64,000 bases of DNA from Eledone cirrhosa (GCA_964016885.1 OZ024745.1:27590001-27654000), one strand, 5' to 3'; shown: positions 29,858 to 45,659, counted from the stretch's first letter. A program made the numbers and translations. Notes: generated by a model from the letters alone, not told the origin.

Positions 29858-30264
29858 CAACAAATATAATAAATAAATGAAAAAAATATATAGAAGTGTC
29901 GTCAAAGTGAATAACATGCAGTTAGACTACATACTGCGGTTGTACAACGGTGGAAGTCATGACTAGCCAGTTGAACAAGATATATAGGAGAAAAGGTTAT
30001 ATGTCCTCTCACAGATACAGCTGCTAAGGTATCGGCCGCAGTGAAGAGATAGTGCGGCGGTAGAGCAACAGCGTGTTTAGTCCTATTACATACGATTGAT
30101 GACTTAACTATTTCAGCAGCTCCGTCGAGGTAGGTAATTTAAACTGTTCTCTCTGTCAGTGAATGTTTAAGTACTTAGATGTCTACATGCATAGGTATGC
30201 ATGACAGTGCAGTAGTGTACTTGCTTTCCATTGCATTTATGTGTATATAATAATTTTGTGCATG

Positions 30265-30351
<87 letters not shown>

Positions 30352-30411
30352 GAAAATATATATATACATACATGAAAAAATATATATATATACATACAAA
30401 AAAAATATATA

Positions 30412-30492
<81 letters not shown>

Positions 30493-30508
30493 GTATGTAT
30501 ATATATGT

Positions 30509-30554
<46 letters not shown>

Positions 30555-30570
30555 GTATGTATATATATGT

Positions 30571-30618
<48 letters not shown>

Positions 30619-30631
30619 GTATGTATGTATA

Positions 30632-30662
<31 letters not shown>

Positions 30663-30825
30663 GTATGTGTGAATATATATATATATATATATAAAATATG
30701 AATGTGTGGGTGTAATGTATATATATTTCCCTATATGCGTAGGTATATGAATGTATTTATATATGCATGTATGTATATATATATGTATATATGTACGCAG
30801 TCATGTGCACATATATGAATGTATT

Positions 30826-30858
<33 letters not shown>

Positions 30859-31019
30859 ATGTGTGTGTGTGTGTGTATGTATTTATTTATGTATGTTTGT
30901 GTGTATCTGTGTGTGAATAAGAAAGAATGATGTGTTCGAGATAGAGAGAGAATGAGATAGTTAGATAGATATATATATATATATAGAGAGAGAGAGAAAG
31001 AGGAAGAGAGAGAGAGAGA

Positions 31020-31101
<82 letters not shown>

Positions 31102-31140
31102 TGGCATGTGCGTGCCTGTGCATATCTATTGCACACTTAA

Positions 31141-31179
<39 letters not shown>

Positions 31180-31967
31180 TGTGCAATAGATATGCACAGG
31201 CACGCACATGCCATCTTTATATATATATATATATAAAAAAAAAATATATATATATATATATATTTATAAATATATATATCTAACCGCATTCTCGTAAGTT
31301 TTATTTCCGAAGCACTCTCTGCACATGATGTACAACCGTCTATTTATTACACCAAACAAAATAGTAATATGCATCACACACGTACAGCTGTACTTTATTG
31401 TTGTTTTTTTTCATTAAATGTTCTATAAACGTGGAAGCTGCACAACAAGAACTATATAAATAATACCAAGTATACTACGAAAATTTAAAGGTGTGACACA
31501 TTTATTTTAATCATCTGATTAAGAAGCTATTCTTTTCCTTTTTGTTTTGTTGCGGAATAATTCTTTGAATTTGTATCTTTAAATTCTTTGCTACAGCTTT
31601 TAGGTGCGGTAGGTGATAAAAGTACATATGATATTTAATAAAAAAAAAAATCAAAAAAAAAAATCAAAAAAAAAATCAATGATATAGTTTAAGAATCCAC
31701 AATATGAAACGAACACAAAAAATACCATTAATAAATGAAAATAATAATGTTTTTTTTTAAAGTCTTGTACAAATAAAAAAAATGAAAAGGGAAAAATAAA
31801 AAAAATATGTTTGCATACAAACGAATATTTGTAATTATTGATATTTAGAAAACTATGTTGTAGCAGCTATCACAAATATTTGATATACATAACCTTTCAT
31901 TTCATTTTATCTCGAAAGAACATCTAAATTTTATAATTCTAACCATTGTAAAGTAAATTTCATTGTT

Positions 31968-32013
<46 letters not shown>

Positions 32014-32015
<2 letters not shown>

Positions 32016-32124
32016 CGAAGGAAATGTGGTAAGGAACCAGGTGGACCATAACGCACCAAAGTACTCAATACTTGAGGTAGTAGAGTGGGTAATAGGAACC
32101 AGTAAGACCCCGGTCTTACTGGTT

Positions 32125-32186
<62 letters not shown>

Positions 32187-32250
32187 TATGTGTACATATA
32201 TATATATATGTTTATATTTTATATGTGTGTGTTTATATATTTTGTGTATA

Positions 32251-32318
<68 letters not shown>

Positions 32319-32374
32319 ATTTCCGTAGAAAGGGTAAAGGAAAGGAATAATTGTATTGTGTTGTTTATTATATA

Positions 32375-32430
<56 letters not shown>

Positions 32431-32566
32431 TCCAGAAATAGCCGTCGAAACGGCTTGAGCTCTGCCGTCGAGGTCAAACTTTTTCTTATTACCCACTCTA
32501 CTACTCTAAGTATTGAGTACTCTGGTTCGTTATGGTCCATCTGGTTCCTTACCACAATTCCCTCGA
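32014..32566. mobile_element. Two HHR family B fragments in opposite orientation (32014-32128 minus, 32428-32566 plus)
   Basis: Shared cactctactac..agtattgagtac..ttatggtcca.ctggttccttaccaca. The plus copy carries the HHR 3' half GAAAcggc...gccgTC. Confidence 0.75.
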
Positions 32567-33117
32567 TATATATATATATAATGTGAGCTTAGCTTTATCA
32601 CGTTTAACCAATTTGGAAGTACCCTCCCACCACCAAAATGGAAGTTCACTTACCCTCCTAAAATTATCAGAATAATTTTGATTATATAATTATATTAATT
32701 AAATTAATCCGGCCTAAAAAGTTAGATAAATATCTAACATTTTAAAAGATATTTATGCAATATTTATTGGGTAGTATAATTTCTATTTAGAAAAAGGAAA
32801 AAAAGTCTTCTTCATGATGTTAGGGTTAGGGTTAGGTTTAGCTAAATGAACACTAATCTGTTCCTTTAAAATTCACAGAAGTTGGATAATGAGCAATTAA
32901 ACCCTATACATTTTATCACTGTCACTGATCCCTTTCCTATTCATAGTGCTGTTGGAGCGTTGTCATGTGATACGGCGTACCTTGAGCATTTGAAACCGGG
33001 CCGTGTCTAGCCCCTTTTTAGGTTTGACTACAGCTTATTGTTTCCGGAGTAAAAAATATATATATATAGAGAGAGAGAAAAAAGAAAGAGAGTGCATGAG
33101 AGGAAGACAGAGACAGA

Positions 33118-33186
<69 letters not shown>

Positions 33187-33216
33187 AATGTGAGAGAGAG
33201 AAAGAGTGTGTGTGAG

Positions 33217-33263
<47 letters not shown>

Positions 33264-33854
33264 ATCGACTTCAAAAGGATATAAGGTAGTGTTAGCCTGA
33301 GCGGAATTTGAACTCCAAGAACCAGAATGAATAATGCATAACATTCTGTAGGAGCCTCTAAGGACCCTATCAGCTCGCTGCTTTATCTGAGGACCCTATC
33401 AGCTCGCTGCTTTATAGATTTAATAAGTTTATAAACAACACAACAAAAACAACAATAAACTAACCAACAAAACAAAATATTTATTTTGTAAACTGAAAGC
33501 AACAAGTTTTCTTTTTGTTCTGAGAGTCAACAGAATAGTTCTATTTAATATTCAGCAAAATACCGAGAAAGAAATGAAGGAAGGAAAAATGGAGAAATAC
33601 GTATAGGCTGCAATTACATATTAATAAAACATACATTTTGGAGATTAAACACACACACACATATGCATATTCAAACAGGCACATGCACACTCACGCATAC
33701 ACCCACACACAAGCGAGCACACACGTGTGGGTATATATGAGGTTTATGTTTTCATGTGAGGAGGTTGAGTAGTGTATATGTTTATAAAATATACAACTGT
33801 AGAATTTGTTTTGCATTTTCATTTTTATTTGGGCTTTCTTGATCTTTCTGATTA

Positions 33855-33905
33855 GCTTTCTTGATGATTTCCTTCAAATGAAACAGTTCTAGTCCTGTAG
33901 AAGCC
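33855..33905 (+). ncRNA. Family A hammerhead, slightly degenerate
   Basis: gctttc TTGATGA tttc-cttc-aaat GAAA cag-ttctagtc-ctg TA gaagc. Confidence 0.6.
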
Positions 33906-34759
33906 ATTTCGATATGAAATATATATATATGTGTGTGTGTGTAAAAGGTAAACAGAAATAACGACACAATCGGTACAGTATATGGAAGGGATATATTAGG
34001 TTAACGCTTAATATAGTAGGAATATGAATGAACGAATGAACCCATAACTAATGGTAGAGTCGTCGGGGCACTGTGGTGATATACGGCGTTTCTTGGGCAT
34101 TTTGAACCTGGCAGAGCCCACCCCTTCTCCGGGTCTGAACACAGTCGGTTGCTTCCTAAATCTAGAGGGAGAATTGGCCCCAGGATGGGATCTGTACTTT
34201 TCTTATCGACTTCGAAAGGATGAAAGTAAAAGTTGACCTTGGCGATATTTGAACTTGGAACTAGAACGAATACCGCCAAGCATTCTATCCGACGTTTTAG
34301 AGGCGGTAAAAGAAGTTGCCATCAGCCGCTACAATGAATCGAACATCGTATCTCCCTGATACCGGCTAGGTCCTTTGAACCATTAATCCAAGGGACAGTA
34401 ATAACTCTTTCCCCCTTAAATTAGGTAACTGAATCACAGCATCTATATGTAAACACACACCGTATATACGTAGCCGTACTCTGGGGCTTTTACGAAGCAC
34501 TGGGGGGTGGGGGTGGTGGTAACGTTAATATAAACAATGGAGTGCTCATGTGCGAACATGATATGAAGTAGCTTATAAAATAGAGTGAAGACCCTTAAAG
34601 ACGGGAAAATAAGTTGGCATCAGTAGTTACGAGATACGAGGTTCGATTCCTCGTGGCGGCCGATGGCAACTTATGTTTTCCTCTCTAAGGGGTTTTCACT
34701 CTATTTCATAAGCTATTTCATGGCAACTCCGCGCATGAGCACACCATCTTTATATTAAC

Positions 34760-34824
<65 letters not shown>

Positions 34825-34900
34825 CTGTGTTATATCTGGGGATGGTCCTGTTGTCAATATTGTTTCTATTGAAACTTGCAAAATCAATAAGCGCGCGCGC

Positions 34901-34947
<47 letters not shown>

Positions 34948-35833
34948 GGTTTATCCTATAAGGTCAGTAATTTTCAGGGTTACTGGAGGTACCAATATCA
35001 ACACATAATGCTAAGACAGAGAGTATCAATTAAAAATAACCAGAAAAAGATTCACAATAATGTTTTTATTAGTTATCGACCAATTACGTACGGTTCACAG
35101 ATGATTGGCTTAAGGTCCCTATTTGTGTAATGGACCCAACTCCAGCACCAACCTGCTGATCAGACTTGTTAATCAGGCTAAAAACAAAATTTAGGTATGT
35201 TTTCCATCATAGCTTCAGATCGACTAAAAATTCGAGAGAAGAATTTGGTAGACGGAGAGTGTGTCGAAGGGACCGTTTCTCATTTTGGGTGATTGACTTC
35301 ATTCTTTTGTGTCTTTAGTAGACCCCATTTTGTTGCAAACATTTTGGCCAAGTCCTTTCGTCTAAAAAAGCCCTCCTTTCGTCTTCTTTATCCCGGTGAA
35401 CACGAACAAAGTTGATGAGTGCTGGCTTTTCTCTCCTGACAATGCCTTTAAAAAGAGAAGGTGGATATGCGCTGATATTTTTCTTTGACCATAATATTAA
35501 CCTAGCTAGGCTTTTAACCAATGCCATTATGAGGCTGTCAATTGAAAGGGAGGATACGATCGATACAAGATCACTATGACATTTGTAACAGCAATTGTGT
35601 CTCTATGCGATCTGGTAGAAATACAGTCAAATTCCGCACAATCAAATTGTCATCGATAAAAAAATGGAAATTTTAGAGAAACTTTTATTAACCCTTTAGC
35701 ATTTAAACCGGCCATATCCGGCCAGAATTCTCTCACAGATTTCTGTTCAAACTGGCCACAACTGGCCCTTCATACCGACTTTAAGGTATTGTTCTCAAAA
35801 TAAATAATATCAAAATCTCATAGACTCGATATA

Positions 35834-35950
35834 ATTGTTTCTACTTTTGGCACAATGCCAGCAATTACCCAGTGCATTACTGGTACTTTATTTTATCGAC
35901 CCCGTAAGGATGAAAGGCAAAGTTAACCTCGGCGGGATTTGAACTCAGAG
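35834..35950 (-). mobile_element. tRNA-derived SINE 3' part
   Basis: Reverse complement of the conserved core and tail. Confidence 0.75.
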
Positions 35951-36436
35951 ATATAATGAGAGATATTTATGTGAAGTAAAGCCTTTTCTCTGAAAATACA
36001 ATATTAAATATAGAGTAATGTGAATGCTAAAGGGTTAAGTGTTGATTTGGGGCTGAAGAACAACAATAACTAAATACTAGAAGAAGCTGGTTGAATTGAA
36101 TTGCGGAGTAGATCTAAACCATTAATATTGTATATGTTGTACATATTGAAATGGTATGCAATCTTACTTGCATTCCTCTGTCTGACAAACTAGTTCCATT
36201 CCAACACCGTGAAAAATGATAGGAATGGCAATTGTAGATATTATATATAAATCCGCGTGGTGTTGACGGACGCAAGAATGAGTACTCAATACTGAAGTAG
36301 AGTTTAACAATACTTTTTATGATGGCAATGTACTCTGGAATTTCGCCAGTGTACTCACAAGACCTTCCCGTGAGTATACTGATGAAACTTCACAATAATA
36401 ATACTCGCCACATATTCATAATAAAGAACATTATAA

Positions 36437-36491
<55 letters not shown>

Positions 36492-36496
36492 AAATT

Positions 36497-36598
36497 GTAC
36501 TAGCTACGGCAGTACATATTCTAAAATTGGAACGATACAAAGATTAGCATGGCCCCTGTGCAATGATGACACGCAAATTCGTGAAGCGTTCCATATTT
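36497..36598 (+). pseudogene. U6: Full-length U6 snRNA retropseudogene
   Basis: Matches U6 (…ctaaaattggaacgatac…agattagcatggcccctg…gatgacacgcaaattcgtgaagcgttccatattt). A 3-nt deletion breaks the ACAGAGA box. The upstream sequence is (TA)n with no PSE. Confidence 0.9.
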
Positions 36599-36600
36599 CT

Positions 36601-36800
36601 TTGTGAAGGCGCGTGGCTGAGGTGGTTAGAGAATTGGATTCGGAATCGTAAGGTTAGTTCGATTCCTGGACCGGGCGGTGCGTTATGTCCTTGGGCAAGA
36701 CACTATATTTCCCGTTGCTCGTTCTATCCGGAGTTGCGACCGATAGAAAATATTAGCAATTGGAAAGACCAATGGAGACCTTGTTTCCTCGGTCCGATTT
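36601..36800 (+). mobile_element. tRNA-derived SINE fused to the U6 3' end
   Basis: tgtgaaggcgcgtggctgaggtggttagag (A-box) and gttcgattcc (B-box), followed by gtccttgggcaagacac. Confidence 0.75.
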
Positions 36801-37136
36801 GACGAAACGTCGATCGACTGTTTATATATATATATATAATTTTCCATGTGTATTTTCCTATTTGATACAACACAGTAGGTGTTAATCGAACTACATTTAG
36901 AGAATGATTGAGTGCGTGTACGTTGGAGAATTAACTGAAAATCTATCTATCACTCTGTATATGTAGACAAGACAATGTTCGTGTTAATTGCATTGCCCCA
37001 ATTTCTCTCTATCCCCTTCTCCTTTCTCACACAATTTCTCACTATTACTCTCTTCCCCACTCTTTCATATACATATATGTATGTATGCATGTATGTATGT
37101 TTGTGTGCATGTATGTGTGTAGATATATATAATATA

Positions 37137-38527
37137 CTAGCAGAATTGCTCGGCGTTGCTCGGAGTTTAATTGCTTTAAAGTACTTTTAATGATTCCACT
37201 CAATTATGAATATTGAGGCATTGAAAGTAAATACGGGAAAGTTTGAAAATATACAACAATACCATCTACTCACCATATGTCAGATCGGCAAGACTGGAGT
37301 GGTGCTGAATAGAGGAGTCACAACACCTCTATGTAGACCACATTTTTTGTTCTGCCTTTGGGCGCAAGTATGAATAAGTTCTGCTTGCATCCCACTCTTG
37401 AGCATGCGACGTATAATTGGCCGTTTGGGAGGCATGACCGTAGATTCAAAGAATGTGTTTGGTAGCGAAAATTTTCAAATGAACTTTGAATTAGTTTAAA
37501 GTGAGTACTATATTGTAGCAGGACCGAACACGTAAATATTTATGCAGGTAAGGGGGAGTAGCCAAAACTTTCAATTGAACGGTGAGTAAGTGGAAAGTGA
37601 GTACTAAGTAATATCTATGAAGAATGCACGTCAAATAATAGGTCAAACCTGTAAGCCAAGCCTGTCTGAGTTATAGCACAAAAGAGCGTAAACAGGAGCG
37701 TTATTTTGGAGCACACTGGAAAATAAATCATCGAAATCGGACGTTCGTGAAAAAAGTTTTCTCATTAATTTTTTGTCTCATATTGAGAAAAACAAAGAAA
37801 GAAAATTACAAAAAGGACAACAATAAAATATAATGTCTTTGTTGAGAATCATGTAAATAAATGCTTAATAAGCGTCGTTATTGTTACGTTTGTTGTTTTA
37901 TAAATTCATCTGTTGCTTTTGAATATTTGTTATTTGATGTAAAATGTAAGTGTGTAAAATGTAACGTTGAGAGAGCAGTATGTATTTAGTGTTATCGGCT
38001 TTTTAAATTTTGATATTTGATGTATGACGAACGAAGAGGGGGAATGATCTAATATATATAGAGAGAAGTTTTGTCGTTGTTCTAAACTGTAATGGAGACG
38101 GAGGCAGTAACCTTTTAAAGAGAGTTGCAGAGGAGATTGAGGGTAGTGAGAGGAATGAAGCGTGTAAGAGAGAGGGTCATCAAAGTTTGTGTCGCGTTCC
38201 TTCAAAAGAAGTTTTGTCGTTGTTCTAAACTGTAATGGTGATAGGTTAGTAGACGGAGGCAGTAACCTTTTAAACAGAGTTGCCGAGGAGATTGAGGGTA
38301 GTGAGAGTAATGAAGCGTGTAAGAGAGAGGGTTACAGCATGTATTTAGTTTTATCGATTTCTTTTTCATAGAAGCATGAAATCTTTGGCAAAGATAATTT
38401 GGCGTTGACCTGCCCTGGTACATTTGGAGCACATTGGAAAAGAAATCATCAAAATCGGTAGAGAAATGTGGAAATGCATCAAAATCATACACACACACAG
38501 ACAGACATCTACCGTTTTATATATATA
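37137..38527 (-). mobile_element. Non-autonomous Helitron
   Basis: Minus-strand 3' end ccgagcaacgccgagc...ctgCTAG at 37137. 5' region tatatatataaaacggtagatgtctgtctgtgtgtg. Internal direct repeat of ~145 bp at 38065-38335. Confidence 0.7.
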
Positions 38528-40310
38528 CTAGCAGTTTAGCCAGGTGTTGCTCGGGTTTGTTCATTTGCTATGAAAAGTTACATGCAGGTAAACGTGGCTT
38601 GAAAGCGAATACGCTGTTCAACTGCTTTATGCCTTAAATAAAGCAGTTGAACAGGTTATTAAAAGTTACGAACCAATTAGCATCAATGATGGGTTAATAA
38701 TCTTTCAATAGCGAATTTAGCAGACCAAAGTTGCAAGATGGTGTCCCTGATGCCACTGGGTGTCACATCTGTCTGCCATGGGTGACCCTACCAGGAAATA
38801 GTTTTCCAGACGGCATAGCTCCAACACCTCCAACACCTGCACCAACATCTATAGCACCTCTTTGTAGACGATATTGCGTGTCATCCCTTCAGGAGTGTAA
38901 GCAAAAAGTGCATTCCTGCTCCCTACGTGGGAACAGGCAAAATAAAGTTGACCATGGAAGAAGCATGGCTCCCCCAAATGGATGCCCGCCACCGACAATG
39001 TTTGCCCTTGTGACTTGTTAATGGACATGGCAAAACATGGTCTCATTGGGAATTGGGATCGCCGGAAATCGAACGGGATATCTGACGCCGAGGGGAAAAG
39101 GTTCATCCTTGGAATGAAAACATTCTCCCCTCTCCCGCACCCCGTTACAATGGTGGCCTCAATCAAGTGGGGCGTCATTTACTTGACGACCATGCGAGTA
39201 CCGTTGCACTGCTTTGGTGGGCGCAAGTTCCTTATTAGCATAATGAGACAGCCAATCCTAAGCTTAAGAATGTGAGGTGGGAGCCCTGGAGGCTCAAGGG
39301 AATTTAATAACTCAACCGGATAATTAAAGATATCGTCGGGGTCTGACGTCCGATCGATAGATTTGAAGATGTGCTCTTTACCGGGAATTTTCTCAATCAG
39401 CTGATCGTTAATAAAATTAACCATGGCATTTTTCGGAGCAAGGATGGCTCTTTCACTGAGCCAATCGAAGTTTTTAAAGTTAGATGAGGCATTAGGAAAA
39501 ACTGCCTCCCAAAGGTCAGAAGGGCTGCTCATAATGTTGCACAGGGAGTCGATTGCTATGCCGTCCTTGTCATCCGCAGGGACCTTGCCCTCACCAAGTG
39601 CTAAAATGTTCTGAGCAAATGCTGCAGACATGTTGTCACCATGCAAATGAGCACGCATATTTGTGCTCAGGTACAAAATCTTCACCTGGGGCCACAATGT
39701 GGACGACTTAAAGCAGGCACGCACTTCATTAGCTCTTGTCCCTTTGGGGATGAGAGACAGCGTTTGCCGAAAATCCCCTGATAGCAGAAGGGTTACGCCA
39801 CCCATAGGAGACGTAGAATCCCTAATGTCTTTCAGGGTTCTGTCCAAGGCCTCAAACGCACCCTTGTGTGCCATTGTGCACTAATCCCAAACAATGAGGC
39901 AACATTTTTTTAGAACCAGAGCTTCGTGTGAGCTCTTGCTGATATTGCATGTTGGTGTCTCAGTTTTTACTAAATCCAAGGGGAGTTTAAAGGTTGAATG
40001 TGCTGTCCTGCCTCTCGGCAGCAAAGTAGCAGCGATCCCGGACGATGCAACGGCCAACGCAATATTTTTCTCCTGACGAATCTTAGCGGGAATCAATTTT
40101 GTTACAAAAGTTTTTTCCGGAACCCCTAGGAGTATCAAGAAAGTAAATACCCCCAGTCTGATTTTGAACCGCTCATTTTCCTCTAAGTATTGGGAAAGAG
40201 ATTCGATGTCATATGCTGTTTCCCGCAACAAATCCGGGGCCAACGTGTTAGCTTCATCTGTGACGGTTGACAGCAAGCCATACGTCGCCAACTCACTCCC
40301 ACCCATGTCG
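38528..40310 (-). mobile_element. Helitron RepHel remnant (PIF1-family helicase), pseudogenised
   Basis: AVASSGIAATLL..GRTAHSTFKLP, GDFRQTL, RAILAPKN, MLIRNL...CNGTR, RSQFP...FAMSINKSQGQTL and HGQLY. Stops at 39881 and 39179. 3' hairpin plus CTAG at 38528. Confidence 0.92.
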
Positions 40311-40811
<501 letters not shown>

Positions 40812-40836
40812 CATATTAGTATGTATGTGTATTTCA

Positions 40837-40871
<35 letters not shown>

Positions 40872-43272
40872 TGTATACAAACGTATGAAAACAGGAAATT
40901 CCACATGTGACGTTTGACCAATACAAACACATTCTGTCATATTCGCTTTTTTATGGTTAACCTAATGTAATACTAAAGAACTATATATTTGCTGTCGTCG
41001 TTGATTGTAATTGCCTATATATATACGTAAATAGAATCGTCAAATACTTAACATAGATACATATAGAAAAAGGTTATCCAAAGTAATCCACGAAATAAGA
41101 CCATCGAATATTCTAATTCATAAACAATACACTCAGTAAAACAAAACTAACTATATACTAGACACCCAGGAAATAAGACCATCAAACGTCCTAACTCGTA
41201 AAGTATACATTTAGTAAAACAAAGTCACCTATAAACTAAGCACCTATACTAGATCTAAAACATCATCCATATTTCCTCTCTTAGATATTATCCATATTTT
41301 GTGACTCTTATATTCCGTAAACCAACAACCAATCTACACTAGTGACCAATATGGCGGGGACAGATTTTACCAAACAGCAGGGGTCATATTATATAGTTTC
41401 TGTAAATAAATATTTAAGCAATCTATTTTTAGAAATGTTGAGCGATAGGAAGTTTGAATTTATCAATGTTTTTCGACTATGAAAAATAGTCTCAGTTTGG
41501 TATATAAACACTGGAGACGGAGACAATTTGTATAGTACCGTCTGTGGGACTCCAACCCACACCTGCAATATACCGGTTCATCGTGCTGGTCATTACACTA
41601 AAGTGCCTATTGATACATTTTTTCCGTAATATGAAGCCTTAAGAAACAGACATATTAGGTATGAAAACACATATTGGAGTTAGTCAGCCATCTTGACAAT
41701 TGAAAATCTCAGAACTGGGCTTAGAGTGTTGAAGATTTATTCCAAGGGGGATAAGCCTCAAAGAGTGAACATGTAAAAAAAATGTATTTGTGTGTTTATA
41801 TAAAACTCTGAAGGTTGTGGTGTGCAACAGATGGTGACTGTAGCTGGAGTGTATTGTTTATGTAATGTTGTCTAAGTGTATACACGAACATAATGTGTCG
41901 TGCATGCACAAGCTGAGAAGCATTAGGAGTTGTCAGTGACTCACACGCTAGAAATGTGTGTCGGCGTACACGTGAGTGTGTGTATGTGTGCATATATGCA
42001 CACCCACACATGTAAGCTCGGTCAACATTATACACATACATATAAAATCACGGCAATTCCAGTAGCACCCGCATTCAAGCGCCATTTCCAATATCGTTGG
42101 TATGGTATAGGGGAAAAACACAAGACATCATTAAGATAGTACAATCACCAACTGCCGAACTTCGAAGGGTGAAGGCCAAACTGGTTGTGAAGGGGGATGG
42201 AACAAGGTTTTGAAGGGAAGATGAAATAACTGCTGCAAAATATTTTAATCTGTTGTCATGACGGCCACAGGAAAAGGCCTCATGCAAACACAACTCCACA
42301 TACATGTACACGAATATCCGTGCATGCGCACACACAAGTGTAACTAGGGTTTGAATACGTGGAGTCTCCATTGTAATGCATATAGCAAACGCCTAGAAAC
42401 GCATGCATACGTATGCATGTATGTACACACGGTCATAAATATATACACGCATCCATATACATATACATTTATAAGTGATGTATGAAGTGGCCGTATGAAG
42501 CTATATATGCATGTATGATGCAGCAATGTATGTGTGTATGCATTGTTTGTGTATATAGTAGGATAACGTTTGTATGTTTCAGAACAGATCAGTGAAATGG
42601 TGTGAGTATCTATGTATTTGCTAAGTTCCTCGTGTATTTTTGTGTGTGGTGATGCTGGAACCAGAGAGGTGTTGAGTGGAGTAATTAAAAGAACGGAAAG
42701 CACTGGTTATATGAGTGTTATTGCTAAATCGTATGTGCTTCAGTTTTTCTGCGGATCGATCCGCCAGAGAGCGGCCTGTTTGTCAAATGTAGACACAGAA
42801 AAGCATATGTGACATTGATGGAGGTGAAAGAGTAATGGATGTGGAAGAGATATTGGTTCGACTTTGAGGTTGGTAATGTTGGTGGGAATGGGAAGGTATA
42901 ACAAATGGAACGGGAGCAGGGAAGTGAGCTAAGTTGAGTGGTATATGAGGAAGTGGAGGTGTGATATGGCGATAAGCTGTTTGACATACGGTCGAAGGTT
43001 TTGGTAACGTACATATAACATCTAGAATTTGCATGCAATAAAATACTACATAAAACGTTTCAGCTACTGTATGAAGATACAATGTTCATTGTGTGGAGAA
43101 TGTTCGTGACCAAATATATAATAACACAATGTAAGAATTCCTAAAAATAAGCTTGTAATATGCAGACAAAAGGAAAACCGATAAAATTAAATAAAGAAAC
43201 CAATGAATGCACTTATATATATCTATAGATACACATATACATACATATACATACACCCCCACACACATACGC

Positions 43273-43349
<77 letters not shown>

Positions 43350-44435
43350 CATATATATATATATACATACATATATATATAAGAGACGTATATGTATATG
43401 TATGTATGGGAAAGCCAGTACAATGCAAATCAAAAATATAGGAATGAAAGGAATTGTGAAGTTAACACTTTATATATATCTGCTGTTTAAAGCTATATAT
43501 ATATATATATACAAATATAATTTCAGCGAGATTCGTATTTCGACTGTGGTCGAAAACAAAGCGAAACGCAATATCCGAGTAATACTGGCAAGCGCCCCAT
43601 GGACCAAATAGAGACCAGAACAATAAACAGGTTAAAAAGGCCAAACAAACTGAGATGGTGTTCAAGAAGCCATCAACCACCTAAGCCAAAAAGACGAGGC
43701 AAGCCAAACAGGTCAAACGAAATAAATGAAATATTTACTCGGACCCTTGGAAAAGATGGTATAATCCAGTACAGGGTTTCTGCGATACCTAAATCAATTA
43801 TACTGCCTGCTTAAAATAATAAGCTTTTGGTATAATGATCGAACAAGGGTGTCACTTCGTCAACAGGTATTTTGTTCTACGCCAACGTTCAGAATCACAC
43901 AGTGGTATGTAGTGGTAAAACCACGCGTGTAACTCTTCACGGGAGAAAACCCCAGATTTTGGCAGATGAATTCAGTAGGTGTAAAATTAATGCAATAACT
44001 GCAAAAACTACACAAATCGAATTAAACTCTCAACCGGATAGTTTTAAAAATAAACTTAGAACACCGCATTGAATGACTTTATTCGTATTTTTCAAGTGTA
44101 GCAATTGTCTTCGCAATCACACAGTTTAGATTTATTGGGAAAAGAAAACATCCATGTTAAAATACAAGTTTTCTCTTGTTCTGTTCTGAGGAACGATCGA
44201 CTTTTAGCTTTTATTAACCTCCTAATACTTGCTTTGTTATTCGTTTATAAACCTTTGGGATATAACTTATAGTATGTCAGAGCTTTACAAGTTCGTCACC
44301 TGGCTGGGTTCACCAAGAAACTCATCATACATTTATATCATTGACCTCATATGCTGCAAAGAAAGGCGGATTACGACCTGAATCTATATACGATGTCTCA
44401 TATTGTCCCCGTACTTTTTAGTTGGCATAAATGTA

Positions 44436-44618
44436 GGATTGGCAGTATCGCTAGAGGGTCGGACGCCATGCTTTGCAGGAAAGAGTTACACCCCTTTATA
44501 GTCTGAGTTCAAATCCTGCCGAGGTTAACTTTGCCTTTCATCTTTACGGGGTCGATAAAATAAAGTACCAGCAATACACTGGGATAATTGCTGGCCTTGT
44601 GCCAAAAGTAGAAACAAT
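44436..44618 (+). mobile_element. tRNA-derived SINE
   Basis: Near-complete copy. Confidence 0.8.
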
Positions 44619-45258
44619 TAATGTAACATAGGCTTATGATATAAGCAGTACATATAATGTTATATTTAGGAGAATGTGACTACAAATAGGCCTTGCGGTT
44701 GGTATACCACTGAGCTTGTGGCTTAATAAAGTACGTGCCCATAAACAATTTAGAAACCCTTCTGGTCCCGAGCTAGCCATAATGACCACAACTACATCTA
44801 AAAAAAACAAAACAATCATTGTGAGAAATTCTCCAAGTCTTACAAAAATGGAGTCAGTTCTATTGTCAGAGTGAGTACTTGTCTCAAATGTCACAATAAG
44901 TGTAACCTGGTGTCATCTAGGATGTAAATTAATGTAACACAGCGTAGAGTAAATACAAGTCATGTAATGAGGGTTAACGATAGGCATGAATACGGGAGAT
45001 AATTTGTTAGGAAGGTCAGCCATGCGATTCTGTAGCCTGAGAGAGGAAAAAAGCAATCTTTGTAATTGAGATATTCTGTACAGAATCTCTACATTACGAG
45101 TTGGCTTCCCTACACCATAGAGCTGTTGAGATTGCGGTTCCTGCATCTTTTGTCGTTGTGAAATGAAATGTTTGATATTGATCTTCCAAACTGCAGCTAA
45201 ATCATCAAATGTAACTGACATTAGAGGAACCGGAAATCTGGTTGTGATATTTTATGTT

Positions 45259-45309
45259 TTAGAGCCTTCAATATTGCAGGTGTGGTATAAGCTTGCATGA
45301 CTACCTGCA

Positions 45310-45345
<36 letters not shown>

Positions 45346-45353
45346 CCAAATGA

Positions 45354-45384
<31 letters not shown>

Positions 45385-45601
45385 ACGAAGGAATTGTGGT
45401 AAGGAACCAGAAGGACCATAACGCACCAGAGTACTCAATACTTAGGGTAGTAGAGTGGGTAATAGGAAAAGGTAAGACCCCGACGGCAGAGCTCAAGCCG
45501 TTTCGACGGCTATTTCTAGACTCGGAAATAGCCGTCGAAACGGCTTGAGCTCTGCCGTCGGGGTCTTACCTTTTCCTATATATATATATTTTCTCATTTG
45601 G

Positions 45602-45659
<58 letters not shown>

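Noticed and set aside
32820-32841. Telomere-like TTAGGG repeats
   Set aside because: Only 2-3 units, too short to call an interstitial telomere.
36497-36598. Functional U6 gene
   Set aside because: The ACAGAGA box is deleted, there are several substitutions, and no upstream promoter is present.
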